A DNA stretch of 64,000 bases from Desulfobacterales bacterium (GTDB lineage Bacteria > Desulfobacterota > Desulfobacteria > Desulfobacterales > UBA2174): positions 1,536,001 through 1,600,000 of the forward strand of contig CAXXWC010000021.1 in assembly GCA_963668645.2 (NCBI GenBank), in the 5' to 3' direction. Positions 47,189-57,744 of the stretch are shown here, in pieces (positions within the stretch are counted from its first letter, which is position 1; every line of letters begins with the position of its first letter). Position numbers and translations under genes: made by a program. The notes below the pieces were generated by a model. The model searched no databases. It saw only the letters and a list, made by a program, of their open reading frames with translations, and was not told where the DNA came from.

Positions 47189-48754
47189 ATGAAATCAGAC
47201 AAACGCTGTTTTATCGGTCTCGCTCTGGTTCTGGCCCTGTTGCTGGCAGGACCGGCCACGGTGCTCGGCGCCCAGGCCATGGTACATGGCGCGGCCTCCG
47301 AGCCACGTTCTCTGGATCCCTATTTTCACAACGAAACGCCCACCAACTCCATGAACAGCAACCTGTTCGACGGGCTGGTGGCCTTCGACGCCAAGCTGAA
47401 CGTGGTGCCGGCCCTGGCCGAAAAGTGGGAAAACCCGGACAACCTGACCTGGATCTTTCACCTGCGCAAGGGGGTCAAGTTCCACGACGGCACGCCGTTT
47501 ACCGCCGAGGACGTGAAGTTTTCCGTCGAACGCTGTAAAAACTGGGAGAAATCGGGCTTCAAGTCCACGGTCAATTCGGTGAACACCGTGGAAGTGCTCG
47601 ACCCTTACACGGTCAAGATGACCACCAATGGGCCCTTTGGCATCCTGCATCGCAAGCTGGCCCAGTTCAAGATCATGTCCAAGGCCTCCAGCGCCAACCA
47701 GCCCGACGAATATCTGGCCGATCATCCCAACGGCACCGGCCCGTATAAGCTCAAGGAATGGGTCAAGGGGGACCATCTGACGATAGAGGCCAACGCGGAA
47801 TATTTTGACGGCGCCCCGGCCATCAAAGAGGTCGTGCTGCGGCCCATGACCAACGACGCCACCCGCACGGCAGCCCTGATTTCGGGTGAAGTGCATCTCA
47901 TCGACGACGTGCCGGTCCAGGACGTCAACCGCATCAAAACCGAAAAGTCGGTGGATATCGTCAGCCTTCCCGGCCTGCGGCTCATCTACCTGCAGATGGA
48001 CCAGGACCGCCAGGAAAGCCCCAAGGCCAAAGGCCCGGACGGCAAAAACCCCCTGCTGAACCCCAAGGTCCGCAGGGCCATCTATCTGGGCATCGATGAG
48101 AACGCCATCGTCAAGCACGTCATGAACGATTTTGCCTTTCCGGCCGGCCAGTTCTACCCCGATACGGTCTTCGGCTACGACCCGTCCATCACCCGTCCGG
48201 CCTACGACCCGGAAAAGGCCAAGGCCCTGCTGGCCGAAGCCGGCTATGCCGACGGGTTTGAAATCACCATCGACTCACCCAACGACCGCTATATCAACGA
48301 CGAAAAAATCGCCCAGGCCGTGGCGGCCAACCTGGCCCGGCTGGGGATCAAAATCACGGTCAACGCCATCCCCAAGAAAACCTTCTTTCCCATGACCGAC
48401 CGCCGGGAGAGCAGCTTCTTTCTGCTCGGCTGGTCCTGCGCCGACGGCGACGCCAGCGCCTTTCTCGACGGCATCACCCACACCTACGACAAGGAAGCCG
48501 GCTACGGCCGTTACAACCGCGGCCGCTATTCCAACCCCGAGGTGGATCGGCTCATCGAAGCGGCCGCCGCCACGGTAGACCAGCAGGAACGGCTCAAGGC
48601 CATGCGCCAGGCCCAGAAGATCGCCCTGGCACAGGACCAGGCCTTCATCCCGCTGCACTTCCAGGTGGACCTGTACGCCAAGTCCGCCAAGCTGGACTGG
48701 ACGCCGCGCGTCGACCACTACTTCAAGTACACGGAGATGAAGTTTAACAAGTAA
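47189..48754 (+). CDS. Peptide/nickel ABC transporter substrate-binding protein (family 5)
   Basis: Signal peptide; SLDP, LAEKWE, FHLRKGVKFHDG, GTGPYKL, YDPEKAKALLAEAG. Confidence 0.92.
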   Translation: MKSDKRCFIGLALVLALLLAGPATVLGAQAMVHGAASEPRSLDPYFHNETPTNSMNSNLFDGLVAFDAKLNVVPALAEKWENPDNLTWIFHLRKGVKFHDGTPFTAEDVKFSVERCKNWEKSGFKSTVNSVNTVEVLDPYTVKMTTNGPFGILHRKLAQFKIMSKASSANQPDEYLADHPNGTGPYKLKEWVKGDHLTIEANAEYFDGAPAIKEVVLRPMTNDATRTAALISGEVHLIDDVPVQDVNRIKTEKSVDIVSLPGLRLIYLQMDQDRQESPKAKGPDGKNPLLNPKVRRAIYLGIDENAIVKHVMNDFAFPAGQFYPDTVFGYDPSITRPAYDPEKAKALLAEAGYADGFEITIDSPNDRYINDEKIAQAVAANLARLGIKITVNAIPKKTFFPMTDRRESSFFLLGWSCADGDASAFLDGITHTYDKEAGYGRYNRGRYSNPEVDRLIEAAAATVDQQERLKAMRQAQKIALAQDQAFIPLHFQVDLYAKSAKLDWTPRVDHYFKYTEMKFNK

Positions 48755-48802
48755 CCCGCCTTTGGCGGTTCGCTCCATCGACGGTCAAAAGGGGTCGCCG
48801 GC

Positions 48803-49780
48803 ATGATCGGATACCTGCTGCAACGAATCTTGCAAAGCCTGCTGGTGCTTGTCTGCGTCAGCGTGGTGGTGTTCGCCGTCATGTTTCTCAGCGGCGACCC
48901 GGTGGAAATGCTCCTGCCGCCGGAGGCCACCCAGCAGCAGGTGGAAGATCTGCGCAGCTACCTCGGCCTGGATCAGCCTTTTTACGTCCAGTATCTGACC
49001 TTCATGAAAAAGGCGTTTCAAGGGGACCTGGGCAAGTCCTTCGTCTTCAACAAGCCGGCCATCACCCTTATCGTCGAGCGGATTCCGGCTACCATGGAGC
49101 TGGCCCTCTTCGCCATGTTCCTGGCCGTGGCCATCGGACTGCCCGCCGGCATGGTGGCAGCCGTCAAACCGGAATCCTGGCCGGCCAAGCTGATCATGTC
49201 CGGCTCCCTGCTGGGCATCAGCCTGCCGGTGTTCTGGCTCGGCATCATCCTGGTGCTGATCTTCGCCGTGATGCTGGGCTGGCTGCCCAGTTCCGGGCGC
49301 GGGGAAACGGCGCTGGTCATGGGGTTGCGTCTGGGTTTCGTTACCCCCGACGGGCTGCGGCATCTGATTCTGCCCGCCTTGACCATCGCCGTTTTCCAAC
49401 TGGCCCTCATCGTGCGCCTGGTCCGCGCCGGCATGATGGAAGTCCTGCTGCAGGACTTCGTCAAGTTTCTGCGGGCCAAGGGCCTTAGCCACCGGCGCGT
49501 GATCTTCGTTCACGCCATGAAAAACATCCTGATTCCGGTGGTGACCATCATCGGGCTGCAACTGGGCAACATCATCGCCTTTGCAGTGGTCACCGAATCG
49601 ATCTTCGCCTGGCCGGGCATGGGCAAGCTGGTCATCGATGCCATCCATGCCCTGGACCGACCGGTGGTGCTGGCCTACCTGCTCATCGTTTCGCTGCTGT
49701 TCGTCTTTCTCAACTTTCTGGTGGACGTGATCTACACCTTTCTCGATCCTCGCATCCGGCTCACGGGGGAAAGCCGATGA
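48803..49780 (+). CDS. Peptide ABC permease (DppB/OppB-like)
   Basis: GDPV, GLDQP..QY, GDLGKS, RIPATMEL, SLPVFWLG, RAKGL, ESIFAWPGMG. Confidence 0.92.
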   Translation: MIGYLLQRILQSLLVLVCVSVVVFAVMFLSGDPVEMLLPPEATQQQVEDLRSYLGLDQPFYVQYLTFMKKAFQGDLGKSFVFNKPAITLIVERIPATMELALFAMFLAVAIGLPAGMVAAVKPESWPAKLIMSGSLLGISLPVFWLGIILVLIFAVMLGWLPSSGRGETALVMGLRLGFVTPDGLRHLILPALTIAVFQLALIVRLVRAGMMEVLLQDFVKFLRAKGLSHRRVIFVHAMKNILIPVVTIIGLQLGNIIAFAVVTESIFAWPGMGKLVIDAIHALDRPVVLAYLLIVSLLFVFLNFLVDVIYTFLDPRIRLTGESR

Positions 49781-50643
49781 TCCCGGCCCACTGGCAGGAG
49801 TTCTGGATCGAGTTTCGCGAAAGCAAGCGCGGCATGGCAGGCCTAAGCCTGACGGTGATTTTCATCGTGGTGGCCCTGCTCTGCCCCTGGATCAGCCCCC
49901 AGAATCCCTACGACCTGACCCAACTCCTTTTGGAAAACAGCAACCTGGCGCCCCGCTGGACTCCGGGGATGTTCATGCTCGGCTCCGAGGGCCAGGGACG
50001 CGATCTTTTCAGCGCCATCCTCTACGGACTGCGGGTTTCTCTATACGTGGGGCTGGCCAGCACCTTTCTCTCGGCCGTTTTCGGCACCCTCATGGGGCTT
50101 GTGGCCGGGTACACGGGAGGGCGCACCGATGCTTTGATCATGCGCCTGGCGGACATTCAGCTCTCTTTTCCGGCCATCCTCATCGCCCTGGTGATCATGG
50201 CGATCTGGGGCCAGGGCCTGTTCAAGATCATCGTGGCCATCAGCGTGGTCAACTGGGTATTCTACGCCCGCACGGCCAGGGGCAGCACCCTTTCCGAGCG
50301 TTCCAAGGACTACGTCGATGCAGCCCGGGCCACGGGGATGTCCTCGGCGGCCATAATGCTGAGGGAAGTGCTGCCCAACATCGTGGCCCCCATCATCGTC
50401 ATCGGCACGGTTCGGGTAGCCAACGCCATCATCCTGGAATCGACCCTCAGCTTCCTGGGCCTGGGCGTGCCCATCACCGAACCGAGCCTCGGATCGCTGA
50501 TCTATGATGGATACCAGGTGCTCTTCAGCGGCTTCTGGTGGATATCGGTTTTGCCGGGCCTGGCCCTGATGGGGGTGGTGCTGGGGATCAACCTGTTGGG
50601 GGACCGGTTGCGCGACGTGCTCAACCCGAGGCTCAAGCGATGA
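49777..50643 (+). CDS. Peptide ABC permease (DppC/OppC-like)
   Basis: LGS..QGRDLFS..YGLRVSL, DYVDAARATG, ESTLSFLGLG, NLLGDRLRD. Confidence 0.92.
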   Translation: MIPAHWQEFWIEFRESKRGMAGLSLTVIFIVVALLCPWISPQNPYDLTQLLLENSNLAPRWTPGMFMLGSEGQGRDLFSAILYGLRVSLYVGLASTFLSAVFGTLMGLVAGYTGGRTDALIMRLADIQLSFPAILIALVIMAIWGQGLFKIIVAISVVNWVFYARTARGSTLSERSKDYVDAARATGMSSAAIMLREVLPNIVAPIIVIGTVRVANAIILESTLSFLGLGVPITEPSLGSLIYDGYQVLFSGFWWISVLPGLALMGVVLGINLLGDRLRDVLNPRLKR

Positions 50644-51617
50644 CGGCCGCAAGCGGCAACGTGCTGGAGGTCCGGCGGCTCAAGACCTACTTTTTTACCC
50701 GCAAGGGGGTGGTCAAGGCCGTGGACGACGTCAGCTTCGATCTGGCCCCCGGTTCCATCCTTGGTCTGGTAGGCGAGTCGGGAGCCGGCAAATCCATCAC
50801 CGGCTTTTCCATCCTGGGGCTTATCGACCCGCCCGGCAGGATCGTGGAGGGCCGGATCCTGTTCAAAGGTGAAGACCTGGTGGCCAAATCCGACGAACAG
50901 CTGGAGAAAATCCGCGGCAACCGCATCTCCATGGTCTTCCAGGATCCCCAGACCTGCCTGGATCCGGTCTTTACCATCGGCTTCCAGATCGTCGAAACCC
51001 TCATGGCCCACCAGTCCATGAGCCGCAGCGCGGCCCACCGCCGGGCCGGGGAACTGCTGCGGATGGTGGGCATCCCTTCCCCGGAGCAGCGCCTGGCCGA
51101 ATACCCCCACCAGTTCTCTGGGGGCATGCGCCAGCGTGTGGGTATCGCCATCGCCATGGCGTCCCGGCCGGACCTGATCATCGCCGACGAACCGACCACA
51201 GCCCTGGACGTGACCATCCAGGCCCAGGTGCTGACCCTCATGCGGCGGCTGGTGCGCCAGCACGGTACGGCGCTGATCCTCATCACCCACGACATCGCCC
51301 TGGTGGGCCAGTTCTGCGACCGCATCTGCGTCATGTACGCCGGGCGCCTGGTGGAAAGCGGCCCCAAGGAGGCCGTCATCCGCCGGCCGGCCCATCCCTA
51401 CACCCGCGGCTTGATCGCCTCGATCCCCGGCAGCCAGCGGCGCCGGCGGCGTCTGACCCAGATCCCGGGCATGATGCCCAACCTGCGCGACATGGGCGAG
51501 GCCTGCCCCTTCGCGCCCCGTTGCGACCACGCCGGTACCGAATGCCGGACACGCCCGCCCATGCAAGAGGTCGCTCCCGGCCACTGGGTGGCCTGCCAAC
51601 GGAGGCCGGCCCCATGA
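50640..51617 (+). CDS. Peptide ABC ATP-binding protein (DppD-like)
   Basis: GESGAGKS, YPHQFSGGMRQR, ADEPTTALD, HPYT, C-terminal Cys cluster. Confidence 0.92.
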   Translation: MTAASGNVLEVRRLKTYFFTRKGVVKAVDDVSFDLAPGSILGLVGESGAGKSITGFSILGLIDPPGRIVEGRILFKGEDLVAKSDEQLEKIRGNRISMVFQDPQTCLDPVFTIGFQIVETLMAHQSMSRSAAHRRAGELLRMVGIPSPEQRLAEYPHQFSGGMRQRVGIAIAMASRPDLIIADEPTTALDVTIQAQVLTLMRRLVRQHGTALILITHDIALVGQFCDRICVMYAGRLVESGPKEAVIRRPAHPYTRGLIASIPGSQRRRRRLTQIPGMMPNLRDMGEACPFAPRCDHAGTECRTRPPMQEVAPGHWVACQRRPAP

Positions 51618-52627
51618 GCCTGCCCCAACGCGACCCTCTGCTGCGCCTGGAAGGGCTCACCAAGCACTTTCCCGTCCAAAAGAACCTTTTCCAGCAGCTT
51701 CGCTGGCAAAACGGCCGCATCCGCCGCCTGCGCCAGGTGGTGCACGCACTAAACGGGGTGGACCTGCACATCGAGAGGGGCGAAACCCTCGCTCTGGTGG
51801 GCGAGAGCGGCTGCGGCAAGTCCACCCTGGCCAAAACCGTCATCGGACTGCACCGGCCCACGGCCGGCCGCATCTATTTCGGCGGCACGGAAATCGGCGC
51901 CCTGGCCGGCCGGCAGCGGCGCCCGTTTCAGCAGCGCATCCAGATCATCTTCCAGGACCCTTTCTCCTCGCTGAACCCGCGCAAAAAAGTCCTGGAGATC
52001 GTGGGCCGGCCCATGCTACGCCTCGGCCTGGCCGACAGAGCCGGCCTGAGGGCAGCCGTGGAGGAAGTCCTGGCCCAGGTGGGTCTCGACCCGGACTACA
52101 TCAACCGCTACCCGCACCAGTTCTCCGGAGGCCAGCGCCAGCGCATCGGCATCGCCCGGGCCCTGGCCTGCGGGCCCGAGCTGGTTATCGGCGACGAGCC
52201 GATCAGCGCCCTGGACGTCTCCATCCAGGCCCAGATCTTGAACCTGATGATGGACCTGCAAGAGCGGCTGAACCTGACCTACCTCTTCGTCTCCCACGAC
52301 CTGAGCGTGGTCAAGCACATCTCGACCCGCGTGGCGGTGATGTACCTGGGCTTCATCGTTGAATCGGCCGCCACCGAAGCGATCTTTGCCGCTCCCAACC
52401 ACCCCTATACGCGGCTGCTCTTTTCGGCCATCCCCACCCTGGACGACCTGGAATTCAACGAGCGTGCAGGCCTGGCCGAAGGCGAGGTGCCCACGCCCAT
52501 CCATCTGCCGAAGGGCTGTCCCTTCTATCCGCGCTGCCCGCAGCGAATGGACCGCTGCGGCAAAGAGCGCCCGGCCCTTCTCGAGATCGCCCCGGGCCGC
52601 CGGTCGGCCTGCCATCTGAACCATTGA
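51614..52627 (+). CDS. Peptide ABC ATP-binding protein (DppF-like)
   Basis: GESGCGKS, YPHQFSGGQRQR, DEPISALD, HPYT, GCPFYPRC. Confidence 0.92.
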   Translation: MSLPQRDPLLRLEGLTKHFPVQKNLFQQLRWQNGRIRRLRQVVHALNGVDLHIERGETLALVGESGCGKSTLAKTVIGLHRPTAGRIYFGGTEIGALAGRQRRPFQQRIQIIFQDPFSSLNPRKKVLEIVGRPMLRLGLADRAGLRAAVEEVLAQVGLDPDYINRYPHQFSGGQRQRIGIARALACGPELVIGDEPISALDVSIQAQILNLMMDLQERLNLTYLFVSHDLSVVKHISTRVAVMYLGFIVESAATEAIFAAPNHPYTRLLFSAIPTLDDLEFNERAGLAEGEVPTPIHLPKGCPFYPRCPQRMDRCGKERPALLEIAPGRRSACHLNH

Positions 52628-54325
52628 TCAAAGGTCGTACATCGTCTTTTTGCGCCACAGGGTCACCCGGGAAATGCCCAGGTCCCGGGCCGCCGCGCTC
52701 TGGTTGCCGTCGTGGCGCTCCAGGGCCTCGGCGATACGCCGGTGCTCGCGTGCCTTCCTGTCGCCCCGGACCGGGGCCGGCCCGTCTGCCGGCGACCGGC
52801 CGGAGAGGGCCGGGCTTTGCGGGTAGAGCACCTGCACGGGAAAGCACTCCGGAGTGATTTCAGAGCCGCGGCCCATGGCCAGGGCGTACTCGACGGCGTT
52901 TTCCAGCTCGCGGATATTGCCGGGCCAGTGGTAGCGGCAAAGCGTCTGCTGGGCGGCGAGGTTGAGTTTCGGCAGGGCTGGGCCGTCTTTTTTGCCGTGT
53001 TTGGCGATGAAGTGGTCCACCAGGCGGAATATGTCCTGGGACCGTTGGCGCAAGGGGGGAATCACCAGGGGGATCACCGCTACACGGTAGAAAAGGTCGA
53101 GCCGGAAATCGCCGCGCTGGGCCATGACCGGCAGGTCTTGATTGGTGGCGCAGATGATGCGCACATCCACCGGGTACGAGCGGTCGGCGCCCACCGGCCG
53201 GACCTCCCTCTCCTGCAAGGCTCTCAGCAGCTTGACCTGCATCGCCTTGTCCAGCTCGCCGATCTCGTCCAGAAAGAGGGTCCCCTCGTGCGCTTCGCGA
53301 AAAAGTCCGGCGCGGTCCGAGATGGCGCCGGTGAAGGCGCCCCGTACATGGCCGAACATCTCGGATTCGAGCAACGCCTCAGGCAGCGCACCGCAGTTGA
53401 CCGAGACGAACGGCTTTTCGCGCCGGTGGCTCTGGGCATGTATCGCCCGGGCGGCCACCTCCTTGCCCACCCCGGTCTCGCCCATGATCAGAACGCTCGA
53501 GTCGACCTCTGCGCAGCGCAGGATGGTCTCGAAGACGCCCTGCATCTTCTTGCCGCTGCCGATCATCTCGGTCTGGAGCCGGTGGCGCCGCAGCTGCCGT
53601 CGATAGTGGAACAGTTCGCGCTCGCGTTCGGCCAGGCGGATGTTGTCGGTGATGTCGGTGAGCGTCTCGGCGTAGGCGAACAGGCGCCCCTCATGATCGT
53701 AGATCGGCCGGATCTCACCCACGAACTGGCGCGCCTGGCCGTTGACGGTCAACTCGAGCTTGGCCGGCCCCTCGGACCCGGGCGGCAGCAGGGGCGTCTT
53801 GCGGTCGAATTGCAGGACCCGGCTCTCCGGGTTGCCGAACATGAAGCGCCCGCGCTCGTCGAAGATCGTGACGCAGTCGCGGATGCCGAAGAGGATGCTC
53901 TGGAGCATCATCTTCTCCTTTTCCAGGTCGTCGCGGATCTTTTTCTGCCCGCTGTTGTCCACCAGCAGCACGTTGCACGTGGCCGGCCGGCCCGCGGCGT
54001 CCGTGTTGGTGGAAAGATGGAACAGGACCGGAATTTTTTCCATGTCCCGGCCGTAGACGTAAAGCTCGAACTGGATCGACTCCTCGCGGCCCGAGGCCAG
54101 GGCGGTGATGATCTGCTCCACCTTGCGGCGTTCATCGGCGCTTATCAGCGTGCGCATGTCCCGGCCGACGAGCCGGTGGCGCTCGGCTCCGGTGAGTTCG
54201 ACGAAGGTCTCGTTGACGTCCAGCAGCACGAACCCCATGTCTACCAGCCAATAGCTAATCTTCAAGTAATCGAGGATGCGTTTCAGATCCCGATTGCCCG
54301 CCGGACCGGGCAGCAGCACATCCAT
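52628..54325 (-). CDS. sigma-54 enhancer-binding protein with PAS domains
   Basis: PAS-like N-terminus (DVNETF..LTG..LVGR); GETGVGKE, GAFTGA, WPGNIREL; GNQSAAARDLGISRVTLWRK HTH. Confidence 0.9.
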   Translation of the reverse strand: MDVLLPGPAGNRDLKRILDYLKISYWLVDMGFVLLDVNETFVELTGAERHRLVGRDMRTLISADERRKVEQIITALASGREESIQFELYVYGRDMEKIPVLFHLSTNTDAAGRPATCNVLLVDNSGQKKIRDDLEKEKMMLQSILFGIRDCVTIFDERGRFMFGNPESRVLQFDRKTPLLPPGSEGPAKLELTVNGQARQFVGEIRPIYDHEGRLFAYAETLTDITDNIRLAERERELFHYRRQLRRHRLQTEMIGSGKKMQGVFETILRCAEVDSSVLIMGETGVGKEVAARAIHAQSHRREKPFVSVNCGALPEALLESEMFGHVRGAFTGAISDRAGLFREAHEGTLFLDEIGELDKAMQVKLLRALQEREVRPVGADRSYPVDVRIICATNQDLPVMAQRGDFRLDLFYRVAVIPLVIPPLRQRSQDIFRLVDHFIAKHGKKDGPALPKLNLAAQQTLCRYHWPGNIRELENAVEYALAMGRGSEITPECFPVQVLYPQSPALSGRSPADGPAPVRGDRKAREHRRIAEALERHDGNQSAAARDLGISRVTLWRKKTMYDL

Positions 54326-54372
54326 GGGCGCGCTCCGCTCTTATACTGTGGCGATATCACTCCGCGGCAAAT

Positions 54373-54504
54373 TGTCACAACGCTGTTGCAACAACGTGAA
54401 ACATATTTGAAGCACTCTTCATTGTCAATGATCCCTATTTAGTGAATTAAATTCAAGATTATCATGGACCTGCAACACCGAAGCGCAAATGGCACCTTCC
54501 TTGA
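54373..54504 (+). promoter_or_regulatory. sigma-54 promoter and upstream palindromes for the carboxylase operon
   Basis: TGGCAC-N5-TTGA at 54490-54504 (non-canonical -12); TGTTGCAACA palindrome and TGTCAC/GTGAAACA half-sites at 54373-54403. Confidence 0.55.
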
Positions 54505-54585
54505 ATACGAAAAGGCCTATCCCCGAGACCCGGGTCCCGGGGGACTGAAAACAAGAGGTACCGGTAAAAGGGAGATAAAACCGAC

Positions 54586-56202
54586 ATGAGCGTCATCGAA
54601 ACCACCGTCGATCCGCGCAGCGAGGCGTATCAGAATAATTTCGAGGCCATGCGTGCGCTGGTGGAGGACCTGGACAGGGAACTGAAGACCGCCTGGGACA
54701 CACGTTCGAAAAAGTCACTGGCCCGTCTGGCCGAGATGGGTAAGCTGCCCACCCCCAAAAAGATCGAGCTGCTCCTCGACCCCAACACCCCGTTTCTGGA
54801 GATCGGGGCCCTGGCGGCCCGGGGGATGTACGACGGCAAAATCCACAAGGCCGGGGCCGTGGTCGGCATCGGCATGGTGGCCGGCAAGGAGGTGCTGGTC
54901 TTTGCCAACGACCCCACTATCAAGGGCGGCTCGTCCTATCCCATGACGGTCAAAAAAACCCTGCGCGGCCAGACCATCGCCATGGAAAACCGCCTGCCCA
55001 CCGTCAACCTCCTCGACTCGGCCGGCGCCTTTCTGCCGCTCCAATCGGAGATCTTTCCGGATTCCGACGACGGCGGGCGGGTATTCTACAACCAGGCCAT
55101 GATGAGCAAGATGGGCATCGCCCAGATTACCGCCGTCATGGGCCTTTGCACCGCCGGCGGGGCCTACGTGCCGGCCATGAGCGACGAGGTGGTGCATGTG
55201 CGCGGCCACGGGGCCATCTTTTTGGGCGGCCCGCCCCTGGTCAAGGCGGCCACGGGCGAGGAGGTCTCGGCCGACGACCTGGGCGGTGCGGCGCTGCACT
55301 GCGCCGAGTCCGGGGTGTCGGACTACTTTGCCGAGGACGACGCCCACGCCATCGAGATCGTACGCCAACTGGTGGCCAACCTGCCGGATACCGAAAAGGC
55401 CAAACTCACCTGCCGGGAGCCGAAGCCGCCGCTGTACGATCCCAAGGAGATCTACGGGATCGTGCCGCGGGACATCGCCGCGCCCTACGACATCCGCGAG
55501 GTGATCGCGCGCATCGTGGACGGCAGCGAGTTCATCGAGTTCAAGGAGATGTACGGCTCGACCCTGGTCTGCGGGTTTGCCCACATCCACGGCTACCCGG
55601 TGGGGATTCTGGGCAACAACGGAATCCTGTTTTCAGAAAGCGCCCTCAAGGGGACCCAGTTCATCCAGCTCTGCGACAGCCGGCGCATTCCGCTGGTCTT
55701 CCTGCAGAACATCACCGGGTTCATCATCGGCCGCGAATACGAGCGGGGCGGGATCACCAAGAACGGGCACAAGATGGTCAACGCCGTGTCCACGGCCACG
55801 GTGCCCAAACTCACGATGATGGTGGGGGCCTCGTTCGGGGCGGGCAACTACGCCATGTGCGGCCGGGGGTACTCGCCGCGCTTCCTCTGGGCCTGGCCCA
55901 ACCACCAGATCGGGGTGATGGGCGGGGCCCAGGCGGCCGACGTGCTGGTGACGCTGCAAAACGACCAGCGGGCAAGGGCGGGCCAGCCGCCGCTTACCGC
56001 CGAGGAGGTGGCCTTCATCCGCGAACCGGTGATCGCCGCAGCCATCAAGGAAGGCGACGCCTACTACTCCACGAGCAACCTGTGGGACGACGGGATCATC
56101 GACCCGGCCAAGACGCGGGACGTCCTGGGGCTGAGCATCTCGGCGGCGCTCAACGCGCCGATCCGCGACGGCGTGTACGGCTACGGCATCTTCCGGATGT
56201 AA
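54586..56202 (+). CDS. Acyl-CoA carboxylase carboxyltransferase subunit (methylcrotonyl-/geranyl-CoA type, LiuB/AtuC-like)
   Basis: ANDPTIKGG, DSAGAFLP, GLCTAGGAYVP, FLGGPPLVKAATGE, LQNITGF, GAGNYAMCGR, WDDGIIDP. Confidence 0.9.
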   Translation: MSVIETTVDPRSEAYQNNFEAMRALVEDLDRELKTAWDTRSKKSLARLAEMGKLPTPKKIELLLDPNTPFLEIGALAARGMYDGKIHKAGAVVGIGMVAGKEVLVFANDPTIKGGSSYPMTVKKTLRGQTIAMENRLPTVNLLDSAGAFLPLQSEIFPDSDDGGRVFYNQAMMSKMGIAQITAVMGLCTAGGAYVPAMSDEVVHVRGHGAIFLGGPPLVKAATGEEVSADDLGGAALHCAESGVSDYFAEDDAHAIEIVRQLVANLPDTEKAKLTCREPKPPLYDPKEIYGIVPRDIAAPYDIREVIARIVDGSEFIEFKEMYGSTLVCGFAHIHGYPVGILGNNGILFSESALKGTQFIQLCDSRRIPLVFLQNITGFIIGREYERGGITKNGHKMVNAVSTATVPKLTMMVGASFGAGNYAMCGRGYSPRFLWAWPNHQIGVMGGAQAADVLVTLQNDQRARAGQPPLTAEEVAFIREPVIAAAIKEGDAYYSTSNLWDDGIIDPAKTRDVLGLSISAALNAPIRDGVYGYGIFRM

Positions 56203-56254
56203 TTCGGCCAGGGCGGCGCGCGCCGCCCGCAGCCACCCCAATCGAGGAGTGATC

Positions 56255-57742
56255 ATGTTCAAGAAAGTTCTCGTTGCCAACCGTGGCGAGATCGCCCTGC
56301 GGATCATGCGCACCTGCCGCGAGATGGGCATTGCCACGGTGGCGGTCTACTCGGAGGTGGACGACCGGGCCCTCCATGCCCTGGAAGCCGACGAGGCGGT
56401 CCCCCTCGGCCCGGCCGAGCCGGCCGCCAGCTACCTGAACATCGCGGCCATCATCGCCGCGGCCCGGCAGACAGGCGCCGAGGCGATCCACCCCGGCTAC
56501 GGGTTTCTGGCCGAAAACGCCGCCTTCGCCGAACGCTGCGCCAAAGCCGGGATCGTCTTCATCGGCCCGCCGGCCCGGGTCATCCGCGACCTGGGCGACA
56601 AGGTGGTGGCCCGCCGCATCATGCAAAAAGGCGGGGTGCCGGTGATCCCCGGCATGACCGAGGAGGCCGGCGACCCGGCCGCCAGGGCCGCCCAGGCCGA
56701 AGCCATCGGCTATCCGGTGCTGATCAAGGCGGCGGCCGGCGGCGGCGGCAAGGGGATGCGCATCGTGAAAGATCCGGCAGCCCTAGCAGAATCCTGCGAG
56801 GCCGCCTCCCGGGAAGCGGCCGCCGCCTTCGGCAGCGGGGCCATATACATGGAAAAGTTTCTGGCCACATCGCGTCACGTGGAGGTCCAGATCCTGGCCG
56901 ACACCCGAGGAAACACGATTCACCTCTTCGAACGCGAGTGCTCCATCCAGCGCCGCCACCAGAAAATCATCGAGGAAACCCCCAGCCCGGCCCTGACCCC
57001 GGCGCTGCGCGCCGCCATGGGCGAGGCGGCGGTGGCCGCGGCCCGGGCCGCAGGCTACGTCAACGCCGGCACGGTGGAGTTCATCCTCGACCCCGAAGGC
57101 CGCTTCTACTTTCTGGAAGTCAACACCCGGTTGCAGGTGGAGCACCCCATCACCGAGATGATCACCGGCGTCGACCTGGTGCGCCACCAGATCGAGATCG
57201 CCGCAGGCCGGCCCTTGTCTCTGTCCCAGGCGGATCTGGAAGGCCGGGGCCACGCCATCGAGTGCCGGATCTACGCCGAAGACCCGGAACAGAACTTTTT
57301 CCCTTGCCCGGGGAAAATCGTTTTTCTGCGCGAACCGGCCGGTCCCGGGGTGCGCAACGACTGCGGGGTTTACTCGGGCTTCGAGGTGCCGGTGGAGTAC
57401 GATCCGATCCTCTCCAAGCTGGTGGTGCACGCCGAGACCCGCGATCAGGCGATCCGGCGCATGATCCGGGCCCTGGAGTCGTACGCGGTGCTCGGGGTCA
57501 AAACGTCCATCGGTTTTCTCATCGACGTGCTCTCTTCCCAACCCTTTGTCGATGGTCAGACTTATACCGACTTCATTCCCACCCATTTTGCGGAATGGAC
57601 CCCGGGGGCGGACCGCCGGAATCTGGCCGCCATGGCCGCGCTAGCCGACGCCATGGCCCCTAAAATGCGGCCGGCGGTTGCCGGCGTGGCGGCGGCCTTG
57701 CACTCCGGTCCTTTTCAGACCCTGGGCAACTGGAGACTCTAG
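56255..57742 (+). CDS. Biotin carboxylase subunit of acyl-CoA carboxylase
   Basis: ANRGEIA, IHPGYGFLAEN, KAAAGGGGKGM, ERECSIQRRHQK, EVNTRLQVEH, YDPILSKL. Confidence 0.93.
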   Translation: MFKKVLVANRGEIALRIMRTCREMGIATVAVYSEVDDRALHALEADEAVPLGPAEPAASYLNIAAIIAAARQTGAEAIHPGYGFLAENAAFAERCAKAGIVFIGPPARVIRDLGDKVVARRIMQKGGVPVIPGMTEEAGDPAARAAQAEAIGYPVLIKAAAGGGGKGMRIVKDPAALAESCEAASREAAAAFGSGAIYMEKFLATSRHVEVQILADTRGNTIHLFERECSIQRRHQKIIEETPSPALTPALRAAMGEAAVAAARAAGYVNAGTVEFILDPEGRFYFLEVNTRLQVEHPITEMITGVDLVRHQIEIAAGRPLSLSQADLEGRGHAIECRIYAEDPEQNFFPCPGKIVFLREPAGPGVRNDCGVYSGFEVPVEYDPILSKLVVHAETRDQAIRRMIRALESYAVLGVKTSIGFLIDVLSSQPFVDGQTYTDFIPTHFAEWTPGADRRNLAAMAALADAMAPKMRPAVAGVAAALHSGPFQTLGNWRL

Positions 57743-57744
57743 TC